The notes beneath the pieces are model-generated. The model saw nothing but the letters and a program-made list of their open reading frames with translations. It searched no databases and was not told the origin of the DNA. From Octopus vulgaris (lineage: Eukaryota): a DNA stretch of 64,000 nucleotides. The stretch spans positions 93,930,001-93,994,000 of the forward strand of contig OX597818.1 in assembly GCA_951406725.2 (NCBI GenBank). Direction: 5' to 3'. This document shows, one piece after another, positions 39,155 to 51,287 of the stretch. The translations under genes and the position numbers were made by a program. Position 1 is the stretch's first letter. Each line of letters begins with the position of its first letter.

Positions 39155-39426
39155 GAGTGGTTCCCATACATTCTCAGGTTGCAATCCCTTTTGCAGGCAG
39201 GCCGCATTCCTAGCGTCCTGCCCCACCCCCTACTCACCACCACTTTCTGCATCAAATTCAAAACAACTGTATTTCACAAATATTACTTAACCTAATTAAT
39301 CCATTATTTTTTTTATATACACTACTCCCCTTTAGCTAAACCATTATCGCTCCACTTTTTTTCAACGCTCTCTTGACTTTTCTACTGCCCACAAGGGGGC
39401 AGCACCGCCCACTTTTGGAACCAATG
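39155..39426. mobile_element. hAT-type MITE, same insertion as 21338-21618 copied by segmental duplication
   Basis: Matching flanks (gacacattaggt...ttagatgaactttcg) and body. Confidence 0.8.
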
Positions 39427-39703
39427 CGTTAGATGAACTTTCGTTTCAAGCTTATTTATTTTTATGGGGTTGCAGATAATTTAACATTAAGGAAAAGGCT
39501 CAAGTTTATAGTTATCTTTCATTTGCTTTTCTTATCCTTCCTATAGTTAAGCAAATTTTATGCACTACAAATTTTATTCTCCCTTCAGACTTTTATTGCC
39601 TGTGCTTGCTTAAGAGTGGCTAAAGGTATGCAACTGTATATTCATTGATGATTCTATCTTATATATATATAGTTTCTCATTCATGGCTACATAGACACAC
39701 CCG

Positions 39704-39773
<70 letters not shown>

Positions 39774-40564
39774 GTTTTCTTTCAGTGGTTGACCGTTACT
39801 TTAAGTGGGTAAGGCACACAACCTGAAAACCATACACTGCCCGAACCTGTTCCCTATTCTCTAAGCAAAACTGCAAAATCGGTCCTTTAGTCCATTCAAT
39901 CCAGGGCATTGTTGGGGTGAAGAACAGATCTGGAAGGCTTTAGAGAGCTCCTGAGAGAGCAAAAAAAAGAAAAGGCAGTTAAGAGGAAAATTACTAAATA
40001 TGAATGTGTAACTGGAAGTGAGGCTGTAAATTCTACGGATATGCTGCCACATTGTGTAAGAACAGTATTGAAAATCCTAGGATATAAACGTAGAGTTTCA
40101 AGAAATAAACTAATGATTTTAAAAGACCAAATAAGACAAATTGCTTCAACTGGGCTGTATGAAAGAAAACAAATGTTACTTATCTATAATATGGTCTGAT
40201 AACAGCAACTCCTGCCAGATTTTGCAATTCTATGTAGATATATTTTGTGGTTCGTCTTTCGGTGGTGGAATCGATCAGATATAATTATGATTTTTAACAT
40301 AACCACAAAACTGTAACTTTATGATGAAGAAATAGTTGATTAAAATCTATTCAATTAATGCTTATTTTACCAATCTCAAGATGTTTGAACACAGAACGGA
40401 AATATAGGTATCCGAAAACAGTTAGTCCTTTTTTTTATTGCTTCACTGATTGTGACATTAGCAGTTGTTATGTATTTAACTTAATATTCATATTTAATAG
40501 TAACAGTAAAATGATAGCGATGATACTACTACAGTACGATGCTGAAATGATTCAAATTCACTGG

Positions 40565-40572
40565 TGACGTCA
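40565..40572. promoter_or_regulatory. Full CRE palindrome upstream of P4
   Basis: TGACGTCA ending 75 bp before the ATG at 40647. Confidence 0.65.
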
Positions 40573-40646
40573 TAGTTGAAAGTAAATCATTATTAAACTA
40601 TTTAGTTTCAGTTCTCTGCATTGAGAATCAATTTGAGGTGATCAGA

Positions 40647-43600
40647 ATGAATACCATAGAGAAAGACAGTATTTCGAGTTATGAACACCTCTACTCCCAA
40701 ACTGAAGAAACGGCTGACCATTCACAATACCCAGATGATCTAAATGAGGAATTATGCATAACTACAGGACTGAATAAATGCGAAGCTATTATAGAAGATA
40801 CTATTGGACATGTTGATTCTCTAGACAACGTTGGTGAAAATTCTAATGCGAATGATAATGACGATATGATGAAAAGGATTGAAATAGATGTTAGGGTAAG
40901 TCAAAACAATGACCAGTTAAACGATTATGGTGAAAATTGCTCAGCAAAACATGACTATTCTAAAGACGTGAAAACTGGGCGATGTGTATGTGAAGTAGCA
41001 GACGATAAAAACGTGTATGTAAACAACAGATTGGAATGTGAGACACTGAATGGAGGAAAGGATGTCAGCCCTGACAAACATCCATTTAAATTGAACAAGA
41101 GAAGCGCAGAATTAGATAAGTTTTTACCAGAGGAAGACAAAGAAAATTTTGCAACGAACAAAGAATGCATAATCAAAGGAGGAAAAATATATTTGATATC
41201 AAGAATAAACTCACATGGCATTAATACAGCCACAGAAATGATTCAAAATAGTATAACAAATTTAACTTACACGTTGTTTTATATTTCTAAATATTCAAGG
41301 AAGAAAAAATCGGAAAATAATGATGAAATTTCGTCAATTAGAAAACCATTCGAGGAATGCCAAAATTTCGCAACACAAGAACCTAACCTCAGTATACAAA
41401 AATCATACCCTCTCTGTATTTCGTCACGTCGATACAGAACTTCGTTTGCGGATATGCCATATAGCAACACATCGGTAAGAAAATCAATCAACTCATCTAG
41501 AAAAAATTCTAAAAGCAAAATTTCAGCGCTTTTGAGATGTCGGACATTTTCATATTCACGTAATAATAATAATTCAGCAGAACCACATTCGAGGCCACCC
41601 AGTCCAATATCACGGCGATTTCGTCGGTTACGAGATTCACTGGAACTTGCTGCTAGATCACGTGAGATACCAATTGCACATTTACCTCGCTCTTCTACAC
41701 ATGTACCATATAGTCGGTTACGAGATTCACTGGAACTTGCTGCTAGATCACGTGGGATACCAGTTGCACTTTTACCTCCTTCTACAACACATGTACCATA
41801 CAGTCGGTTACGAGATTCACTAGAACTTGCTAGATCACGTGGGGTACAAACTGAACTTTCACCTCATTCTACAGCACATATACCATATAGTCGGTTACGA
41901 GATTCACTGGAACTTGCTGCTAGATCACGTGGGATACCGGTTGCACTTTTACCTCCTTCTACAACACATGTACCATATAGTCGGTTACGAGATTCACTAG
42001 AACTTGCTAGATCACGTGGGGTACCAACTGGACTTTCAACTCATTCTACAGCACATATACCATATGGTCGGTCACGAGATTCACTGGAACTTGCTGCTAG
42101 ATCACGTGGGATACCGGTTGCACTTTTACCTCCTTCTACAACACATGTACCATATAGTCGGTTACGAGATTCACTAGAACTTGCTAGATCACGTGGGGTA
42201 CCAACTGGACTTTCAACTCATTCTACAGCACATATACCATATGGTCGGATACGAGATTCACTGGAACTTGCTAGATCAAGTCAACTACGTGAGCCACGAT
42301 ATGCACCAGAATATCAATTCATTGAAAACTCACCACACTCATATCGAGGTTCACTGGAACCTGTCAATATAGATATATCAAATAGATCATTATATGCATC
42401 ACCACGTTCTTCCATGTCTCCGTATAAGTCACAACATTCATTGTCACGCTCGAGCATATCAATGCCATCGCTTCGTTGTCGTTGTAGATCGATCTCTGAA
42501 CAAAGCATGCCGTCACAATATTGGTTACCAAGGCCACTTCGTAGAAGTTCAGTGCCAGCAGGCCTTTTGTGGCCTGCTACAAGCTCACCGGAACAATATA
42601 GGGTACGTGACTTACAAACAACAGATATAGTTGTTCCTCAAGAATTTGAAAAACAAGTATCTCCTTTCGTAACATGGGATCCTGATACGTCGAGATGGAG
42701 TCGTGATTTTGAAGACAGTTTGGCAGAATTTTGGGATAAATCAAAGCGTATCGATGTTGTGGGTCGTGGTACCTCTACAAGACCAGCATCCATATTACGA
42801 GAGAAATCAAGAGGGGCCGACAGAGTTCACTGGCGTAGTTCTTTGGCGCCAGAAGCATCATTTCGTTTTCGTCGCCTTTCGAGCCCTAGACAAAGCACAC
42901 CGTCTCCACATAGGTCTCCACGATTACGTAGCAGCAGTCCATTGGCGCCAAGAACATCATTTCGTCTTCGTCGTAGTTCGAGCCCTAGACGAAGCACACC
43001 GTCTCCATATAGGTCGCCAAGATTACGTAGCAGCAGTCCATTGGCGCCAAGAACATCATTTCGTCTTCGTCGTAGTTCGAGCCCTAGACGAAGCACACCG
43101 TCTCCATATAGGTCGCCAAGATTACGTAGCAGCAGTCCATTGGCGCCAAGAACATCATTTCGTCTTCGTCATAGTTCGAGCCCTAGACGAAGCACACCGT
43201 CTCCATATAGGTCGCCAAGATTACGTAGCAGCAGTCCATTAGCGCCAAGAACATCATTTCGTCTTCGTCGTAGTTCGAGCCCTAGACGAAGCACACCGTC
43301 TCCATATAGGTCGCCAAGATTACGTAGCAGCAGTCCATTGGCGCCAAGAACATCATTTCGTCTTCATCATAGTTCGAGCTCTAGACGAAGGGCACCATCA
43401 CAGTATCGGTTACCAAGTACACGTCGTAGCAGTTCAATGCCAGCAGGCCATTTGTGGCATACTACAAGCTCACCGGATAAATATAGGGTACGTGACTTAC
43501 AAACATCAGATATAGTTGTTCCTCAAGAACTTGAACAATTATCTCCTATCAGAGCACCGCCACAGGACCCTTTGTGGTCTAACGCAAGCACACCCGAGCA

Positions 43601-45191
43601 TTATAGGGTACGTGACTTTCAAACAACAAATATAATTGTTGATCCTCAAGAATTTGAAAAACAAGTAGGTCCTTTCGTAACATGGGACCCTGACACTTCG
43701 AGATGGAGTCGTGATTTTGAAGACAGTTTGGAAGAATTTTGGGAAAATTCTTACAGAGAAGATTCTAGGCATAAATCACCATTAGTGAAATATTCCAGCA
43801 GCAATTCATTGGGGCCAGAAACATCGTTCGATCTAAGTTACATTTTGAGCCCTGGGCGAAGCACATCGTCATCATCCAGGTCACAAACTTTAGATAGCAG
43901 CAGTCCATTGGGGCCAGAAACATCATTTCGTCTTCGTCGTAGTTCGAGCTCTGGACGAAGCATACCGTCACAATATCAGTTGCCAAGTCCACGTCGCAGC
44001 AGTTCGATCTCCGGACGAAGGATACCATCGCAGTATCGGTTATCAAGGCCACTTCGCAGCAGTTCAGTGCCAGCGGGCCCTTTGTGGTCTAACGCAAGCA
44101 CGCCCGAGCAATATAGGGTACGTGACTTTCAAACAACAAATATAAGAATTGATCCTCAAGAATTTGAACAAGTATCTCCTTTCGTAACATGGGACCCTGA
44201 CACGTCGAGATGGAGTCGTGATTTTGAAGACAGTTTGGCAGAATTATGGAATAAACCAATGCGTATCAATGTTGTGGGTCGTGGTACTTCTACAAAATCA
44301 GCAGCCATATTACCAGAGAAATCAAAAGGTGCCGACGGAGTAAGTCGTGGTACTTATACAAGGCCAGCGTCCATATTACGTGAGGAATCAATAGTTACTG
44401 ATGGAGCACGTCGTGGTACTTATACGGTGCCAACGTCCATGTTACATCGTGGTACTTATACGAAACCAGCGTCCATATTGAGGGATGAATCAAACCGTAG
44501 TAGTTCTAGCTATGATAGTAGTGCTTCGGCGGAATATAAGTCACGTAAGTTACGTGGATTTCAAACAACAAATATAATAATTGATCCTCAAGAATTTGAA
44601 AAACAGGTATCTCCTTTCGTAACATGGGATCCTGACACTTCGAGATGGAGTCGTGATTTTGAAGATAGTTTGGAAGAATTTTGGGCAAATCCTTACAGAA
44701 AAGATTCTAGACATAAATCACCATTAGTGAAATATTCCAGCAGCAGTTCACTGGGGCCAGAAACATCGTTTGATCTTCGTCGCATTTCGAGTCCTTGGCG
44801 AAGCGCATCGTCATCATCCAGGTCACGAACTTTGGATAGCAGTTCATTGGGGCCAGACACATCGTTCGATCTTCGTCGCATTCCAAGCCCTTGGCGAAGT
44901 ATATTGTCATCATCCAGGTCACGAACATTAGATAGTAGCACTTTATCGGAGCCAGAAACATCGTTCGATCTTCGTCGCATTTCGAGCCCTGGGCGAAGCA
45001 CATTGTCATCATCCAGGTCACGAACTTTAGGGGAAGATACTGAGAGCTCAGGTTCAGAGAGTTATTCTTCAAGTGCGTCATGTAGTTCATGTTATACCGA
45101 TGAGCCAGATTCTATGTTAGCAGACGAAATACACTTTCAATCCTTAAACAGGGCTTGGCATCGTCCAAACTTGAGGAGATTCTTGAATTAG
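40647..45191 (+). CDS. P4: intronless Arg/Ser/Pro-rich multi-repeat protein, about 1514 aa
   Basis: 4.5-kb open frame; family N-terminus; 8 RDSLELA units, about 5.5 units of 33 aa, four FVTWDPDTSRWSRDFEDSL modules; AATAAA near 45212 and 45252. Confidence 0.82.
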   Translation: MNTIEKDSISSYEHLYSQTEETADHSQYPDDLNEELCITTGLNKCEAIIEDTIGHVDSLDNVGENSNANDNDDMMKRIEIDVRVSQNNDQLNDYGENCSAKHDYSKDVKTGRCVCEVADDKNVYVNNRLECETLNGGKDVSPDKHPFKLNKRSAELDKFLPEEDKENFATNKECIIKGGKIYLISRINSHGINTATEMIQNSITNLTYTLFYISKYSRKKKSENNDEISSIRKPFEECQNFATQEPNLSIQKSYPLCISSRRYRTSFADMPYSNTSVRKSINSSRKNSKSKISALLRCRTFSYSRNNNNSAEPHSRPPSPISRRFRRLRDSLELAARSREIPIAHLPRSSTHVPYSRLRDSLELAARSRGIPVALLPPSTTHVPYSRLRDSLELARSRGVQTELSPHSTAHIPYSRLRDSLELAARSRGIPVALLPPSTTHVPYSRLRDSLELARSRGVPTGLSTHSTAHIPYGRSRDSLELAARSRGIPVALLPPSTTHVPYSRLRDSLELARSRGVPTGLSTHSTAHIPYGRIRDSLELARSSQLREPRYAPEYQFIENSPHSYRGSLEPVNIDISNRSLYASPRSSMSPYKSQHSLSRSSISMPSLRCRCRSISEQSMPSQYWLPRPLRRSSVPAGLLWPATSSPEQYRVRDLQTTDIVVPQEFEKQVSPFVTWDPDTSRWSRDFEDSLAEFWDKSKRIDVVGRGTSTRPASILREKSRGADRVHWRSSLAPEASFRFRRLSSPRQSTPSPHRSPRLRSSSPLAPRTSFRLRRSSSPRRSTPSPYRSPRLRSSSPLAPRTSFRLRRSSSPRRSTPSPYRSPRLRSSSPLAPRTSFRLRHSSSPRRSTPSPYRSPRLRSSSPLAPRTSFRLRRSSSPRRSTPSPYRSPRLRSSSPLAPRTSFRLHHSSSSRRRAPSQYRLPSTRRSSSMPAGHLWHTTSSPDKYRVRDLQTSDIVVPQELEQLSPIRAPPQDPLWSNASTPEHYRVRDFQTTNIIVDPQEFEKQVGPFVTWDPDTSRWSRDFEDSLEEFWENSYREDSRHKSPLVKYSSSNSLGPETSFDLSYILSPGRSTSSSSRSQTLDSSSPLGPETSFRLRRSSSSGRSIPSQYQLPSPRRSSSISGRRIPSQYRLSRPLRSSSVPAGPLWSNASTPEQYRVRDFQTTNIRIDPQEFEQVSPFVTWDPDTSRWSRDFEDSLAELWNKPMRINVVGRGTSTKSAAILPEKSKGADGVSRGTYTRPASILREESIVTDGARRGTYTVPTSMLHRGTYTKPASILRDESNRSSSSYDSSASAEYKSRKLRGFQTTNIIIDPQEFEKQVSPFVTWDPDTSRWSRDFEDSLEEFWANPYRKDSRHKSPLVKYSSSSSLGPETSFDLRRISSPWRSASSSSRSRTLDSSSLGPDTSFDLRRIPSPWRSILSSSRSRTLDSSTLSEPETSFDLRRISSPGRSTLSSSRSRTLGEDTESSGSESYSSSASCSSCYTDEPDSMLADEIHFQSLNRAWHRPNLRRFLN

Positions 45192-46828
45192 ACCTCAAAT
45201 GCCAAACGTTGAATAAATGTCTATTTGAATTCGACGAAAAATTTTAAGAAAATAAAACTGGAAAAAGTTATATTGTATTTTAATACGAGAAAAATCAAAT
45301 GCTTCTGAAATTTTCTGCATATCATAATAACCATAATTTAGTTGGTGGGTTGAATTCTCCAGTCACGCATTGCAGCATTTAGAAAAAGAGGAGAAGAGAA
45401 TAAAAAAATGAGAGAGAGAAGAGAAAAGGAGATTGAGAGAGAGAAAGGGAGAGAAAGAGAGAATGTGTGTGTGTGTTTGTGTTAACATAGGAGGTGCGGG
45501 ATGCGTCCATTTACTAGGCTTAGTAGTTACAGTCAATGAGTAAAGGAACACTATACACACATATGGGGAGAGGGGTAGAGGGAGAGGTTGTGGTGTGTGA
45601 AATGTATAATTTTTTTTAACCAAGTTTTTTCTCCGTTACTTAGCCCGTCTGTAACGTTTTCACGTGATTAGTTGAAGAGAACGGCGAAGAGTAAAGGAAC
45701 AAGGAGAGAGAACAAGTAAGTATGACGTCGAGTGAGAGAGAAAGCGGGAGAGTGCTGTGTATTAAGTCTATAAAATTGTTATAAAGTATATACAGTGTAT
45801 ATATAACGTGCATTAAGTAATCATTGTATTCCAGTTTCCTTCATTTTTTAATAATTAGCAGATGAGCGACTATTTTTTAGTACAGACACAGCACAGACTA
45901 CACTTTCAGGTTTTAGGATAACGTTTTCAGAAATAACCCAATAAGTTTACCATTAATTCCATAAAATATTCACGGATCTCGCTAGTTATTATTGTATACA
46001 TGACATATTTCTTGATGTTACCGTTTGTAGCAAAAGTATATTACCAAAGTTACCTGTTATATGACAAGTATCAAGCCTGTTTGAAATATTAATTGGCTGA
46101 ACACATTGGCTCTGCAATCGAAATTTTACAGTGATTAAAAGGATAATTTTGTTACCAATGCTCCTGGAGGAATCAATCTGCTAAATGTTGGTCTAGGTAA
46201 TATTGCGACAAAGTAGCGAGTTGTCAGAATCGTTACCGCACTGGGCAAAATGTTTAATGGCATTTCGTCTGTCTTTCTTTAATCCTTTCGGGCAGAGAAA
46301 ATTAGTACAAATCGAGCACTGAGGTCGATGTAGACGACTTACCTACTCTGCCGAAATTGCTGGCCTCGTGCTAAATTTTGAAACCATTTATTGTTACAGT
46401 TCGCTACATTTTTAGTGTGTGCTTTAACTTCAAAACCTTGGTACAGTATTCACAGTAGCTCAATGACTATGGATGAAATGAAGAGAATGGTGTTTGACAG
46501 AAAGTAAAATAAAAGTAAATGTACCACAAGACAATATTCTTACTCACAATTAACTGTCATCTCTATATTTTAAAGTTTATATTAGACCGTAACTTAAACT
46601 CAATTCTACAGCGAAGACAAACTTGTAGTCTGACGTTCTAGGAACGACCAAACGGGGTAATAGTTAGTGGGGAGTGTGGGGTGGTGGATACAATGTGGAT
46701 GACAAGAGACGGTGAGACGGGTGAGTCACTATTAGGAGATGAGAGAGAAGAGATTACACATGAAGATCAGGTGCATAATATGTTGCTAGGCGACTTCGTG
46801 CCAATTAGTTGAGATGGTATCTATTCAG

Positions 46829-47059
46829 GGCGGCGAGCTGGCAGAATCGTTAGCACGCCGGGCGAAATGCATAGCCGAATTTCGTCTGCCGTTACGTTCT
46901 GAGTTCAAATTCCGCCGAGGTCGACTTTGCCTTTCATCCTTTCGGGGCCGATAAATTAAGTACCAGTTACGCACTGGGGTCGATATAATCGACTTAATCC
47001 GTTTGTCTGTCCTTGTTTGTCCCCTCTGTGTTTAACCCCTTGTGGGTAGTAAAGAAATA
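46829..47059 (+). mobile_element. Full-length tRNA-derived SINE with 13-bp target-site duplication
   Basis: Head ggcggcgagctggcagaatcg...gagttcaaattcc; TSD ggtatctattcag at 46816-46828 and 47060-47072. Confidence 0.92.
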
Positions 47060-47072
47060 GGTATCTATTCAG

Positions 47073-47810
47073 ATTCGGCTGAGAATGTCTGTGTATAGCA
47101 ACAGAATTCTTTCCTTTATAGCTCTCATCTTATCTCGACAGCTGACGGGGTCGAAGTGTTCTTCGGCTCTGAATTGGAAGGACATTTATCATGCAGTATT
47201 TGGTATGTCAAGTTATGCATTTACCGGGAGGGTTCCTCAGTGAGAGTGAAACTCAGCATTTCTCGCGATTTAGGAGTATTCTAGTATCATGTTGTTTGTG
47301 TGTTTAAAAAGGGTTGCCATGATGTTTTCACGATATATTTAATAGTTGCGTCTTTGTACTGAGAAAGGTGACAAGATTAGCGTGGCCACATTGAAAATTG
47401 CCTCCAGGTTCCTGTTTATTGTGTCAAAGCATGTTTGTTGCAAGGTGTCTTGGTTGCTTGGGCGCAAAAGATTAGTAAGTAATAAAAGCTGGTAAGATCT
47501 ACACAGGAATAGGTGTTCTTCGAGGTGATGACAAAAAGGTCATTGGTATATAAGAGGAAAATTTTGTGGGACCAAACCGTATGATGGAGCACACCTTACT
47601 TAATTGCGCCCTAGTCAGAATAAGCGTGTCAACACTCGTTCCGATGACTTGATCTTACCTGAAGTCATTGATTCAAGATATGGATTGTACCCGTAAGAGA
47701 GAATTATGGCCCGGAGATTTGCATGCCAGACACGGTCGACAGCTTTACAGATGATGTAGATCTGCCTCAACAAATGTCATATTGGTAGTTATTGTGGGCT
47801 CGATCAGGAG
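47073..47810 (-). mobile_element. Possible highly decayed Penelope-like endonuclease region
   Basis: Only weak motifs (GNFQCGH..., RAIKERILL...); no intact frame. Confidence 0.3.
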
Positions 47811-47849
47811 TAGCGATATTCCCATAGAATGAAAGAGAAAGAGAGAAAA

Positions 47850-47960
47850 TATGTATGCATGCATGTATGTATGCATGTATGTATGTATGTATGTATGTAT
47901 GTATGTATGTATGTATGTATGTATGTATGTATGTATGTATGTATGTATGAATGTATGTAT
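47850..47960. repeat. (TATG)n microsatellite
   Basis: Directly visible. Confidence 0.97.
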
Positions 47961-50861
47961 AATTTTAAATTCTTTCTCTATGTCTGCGGTGGCCGAACTT
48001 GAATTTGACGCAAAATCTCTAACATAAATTCGAAGCTAAACACTATTCTTATTCTGTACTCATTTTAACCTAAGCTCTGCAGTAAACTCGTTTGAACCTT
48101 GAACCCTGTTCTGTTACTACTAAAATGGACTATCTTCTCTAAAATAATCAGTTGTAAGGTCTGTCCGGGAATGTCGTAGAAATGGCTAACTTTTCGTGAC
48201 TAAACCATGAAAAAGAATACTGCTTGATAGATACAACGTAAATGAATATCCTGCCAGAATAATATGGACAGGCTGTATGTAGTTAGCAGAGGAACCTGAT
48301 GTATTAAAGAGTAAAATCAAACGAAATCCATATATGATATCCTTTCATACCAGCCAGTATTAGACGATGGACAAGAACGATACTAGTAAATGCCATGAGT
48401 AGAGAGGTTACACACCGTTGTAAATTATTCTGGCAACATGGAAGTCATCGTTTGCCATATATTTCGAGCAGCACAAATACATTTCGACATTATCACTCTC
48501 ACCAACAGTTCCAGATAGTATTGATATTACCAGAAAATACCCTGCTTCTTTTGTCCTTCAACTTACTTTTCTCTTTCTACATTTTCCTGTCATTTTTAAT
48601 GTCTCTACATGAAACGAAGGACGATTGCAATTACTTCAACTAACTCAGTGATTATTCGTTGAATGACTCGTCATGTATCTGAGGATCGTTGTCAGCGTTG
48701 GTGTTTTTCCCACATGCATTTGCCATTTCCAAATGATTCATTCTCTGCTTATTCTACAGTCTACAAGTCACTACCTCGCCATTCTTCCTAAGCTCAATGT
48801 CAGTCAGCGATCTAACTACAAGCACACCACATCCCACTTGAGGCAATTTTCTTTCAGGTCACTTTCCCAAAGCACCGTCAACTCAACAACATGAAAGTTA
48901 ATTTTCCGCAAACAAAATGAATATAAAGGTAGATAAAACTGATCTGTTAGTTGGCTGTAAGGAAAAATAAGGGCTAGAACATTTTGAACATAGTCCTTCA
49001 TCGAAGGATCTTTTAATCTCCGACAGAGAGTCATGTCCGAAATATCAGACATATAACACTCATGACACGCTAACTTTTTCCACTACGTGAACTGATTGCC
49101 TTTACTACTTGTTGATAAAGATTATCGCTAGTTTTGTCGAATTTTGCGGCTTCACTTGAATAAAGGCGATATATGTTATGTATATATATATATATATATA
49201 TATATAACTATTATATAAGCGTGCATGATATCATCCGTATTGTACCTGTAGTTCCGACTTTCATTGGTCCTGCAAATTGACATTAGCAATGACTCTCTCT
49301 GCTCCTTGTAGACATAAAATGGTTTAAAAAGCGATATTTTTATATCAACCAAAAATTACAATTTTTTTCATTTATTATAAGATAGCTTGCGACGTAACTA
49401 TACTTAAACATACTCGTCTTTTGCTAAATATGCTTTGAACGAGAAACGTGTTTCCTTTGTAAAGACGTTTAAAATGAATGACGCAAGTAGCTTGTACTTT
49501 TTTGCATATGTTCGTTGACCTGTGCAAGAATATTTGTAGGCATATATGCATACATACTTGCATATTTACTTACACACATGAGGTCAGGCAACAAAAGCTA
49601 CGTTATGCAGTTAAATATTTTTTAAAGAATCCTCATCAATAATGAGAGTGTCACTACTCTAATCATTGTCACTCGCACACTGTATTATTTAGAGAATGAA
49701 AAAAAAGGTCATTGACCATGTTGTCTAACTGAGAGAAATATGGCAGTTTTTGGCAGTAATCCTGATACCAAGCACCTTTCCTCACTCTACACATCACCAA
49801 GATTACGACTTCTTCAAACTCATGGGCTTCGGGAAAACTTGTAACGATCAAGCATACCGAGACCCTGTTTAGTAGTAATTGGTTGCAGATATACGTTTTA
49901 AGGAATGGTACTTGTCCTTTGTACAATGAGCAAAACAGAAACTGTTTCAAACTAATTATAAAACCAAATGGCGAAGTATTAATAAACCATCGACGTTTTG
50001 CAGATATGTACCTAACCTATTCGAACTTTCAGGGATAGCTTCCACTCAGAGTAATTCCAAGAGAAATCAGCTACTCTGTTCTGTATGGGGCTTCGGTTCC
50101 TATCCAAGCTCCATGTAATTTAACTGGACCTTAATCAAGCTAGAAAAGCAGGCCAACACAAACTTATTTTTCCAGATACTAAGTTAAAAGCTCTCCCATA
50201 CGACTTGGTTAATGAATTATTCTCTTATCATTTCGTAATCCTCCAGCGTAGCACGAAATATAAACTTACTTGCGATTCTTGAATTATTTGCTAGGAACCA
50301 TGTACTGGTAGTTATCAATATTGTATTGTTCTGACACCCCCATAACTTCAAAGTTTATCTAGAGACAGTTTTGACTGATATCTGTTCATGCTGTCGTTCA
50401 CCAATTTCCCAGCATCAGTCGTGAAGACAAATTTTTCACCGTTGCTCCAACTGCCATTGTAGATTCTATAAAGGGCAAAACTTTGCAAAAATATTCATAA
50501 GATGCTAAAATGATAGATACTTCAAGAAACAGGTTTCAGCGACTGCTATGTATCCCAAAGTTCGGCACTAAATAACATAATATAGTAGGGTGTGATTTGA
50601 GATTCAATTGTTATTTGTAGCGCGAAGTCTCCCCCATTGGCTTGTCTTTCAGTGGTAAAATCGAGTAGAGATTTTTCACATAGCTACTACAAAAGTGCAA
50701 CTTTATAAAGAACGAGTTGATTAAAATCTTCTTCGGTATTTGAATGCTGCTTATTTTACCAGCCCCAGAAGAATTAGAACCCAGAACGGAAATATATGTA
50801 ACTAAAAACTGCTAAGCATTTTGTTTATTGTTTCACTGATTGTGCTATTAAGCGCTATTGA

Positions 50862-51118
50862 CCCATGACCTGGTGGTTAAAGTGTTGCACTCACAATTTC
50901 GAGATCGTGGTTTCAGTTCCTCGACTGGGTGGTGCGTTGTGTTCTTGAGCAAAACATATAATCTCACGTCGCTCTGCAATTACTTCGCCACTTGATGTGT
51001 GGTATACTGTATACCTGTTCAGGCAATATTGATTTGATGGAGAGAATGAGCTGATGAACCGCACATACAATTGATCACTATAAACAAATCATACGTCATC
51101 TTCGACGGAGGAGTCCAT
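50862..51118 (+). mobile_element. tRNA-derived SINE inserted in the P5 upstream cassette
   Basis: catgacctggtggttaaagtgttgcactcac...ggtttcagttcc head; absent at the equivalent position of the other paralogues. Confidence 0.65.
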
Positions 51119-51129
51119 TATACGTATAA

Positions 51130-51175
<46 letters not shown>

Positions 51176-51208
51176 GCATGATGCCGAAATGATTGTCGCA
51201 TTTATTGA

Positions 51209-51216
51209 TGACGTCA
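51209..51216. promoter_or_regulatory. Full CRE palindrome upstream of P5
   Basis: TGACGTCA ending 72 bp before the ATG at 51288. Confidence 0.65.
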
Positions 51217-51287
51217 CAGTTGAAAGTAAAACAATAAATCATTTAGTATAATTTCTGTCCATTGAGAATCAATGTGAGGTGACCAGC

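Noticed and set aside
45650-45855. Possible solo LTR starting TGTAAC
   Set aside because: No clear CA end, TSD or second copy.
46829-46920. tRNA gene-like A/B boxes here and at other SINE heads
   Set aside because: They continue into SINE bodies, and no convincing cloverleaf is seen.
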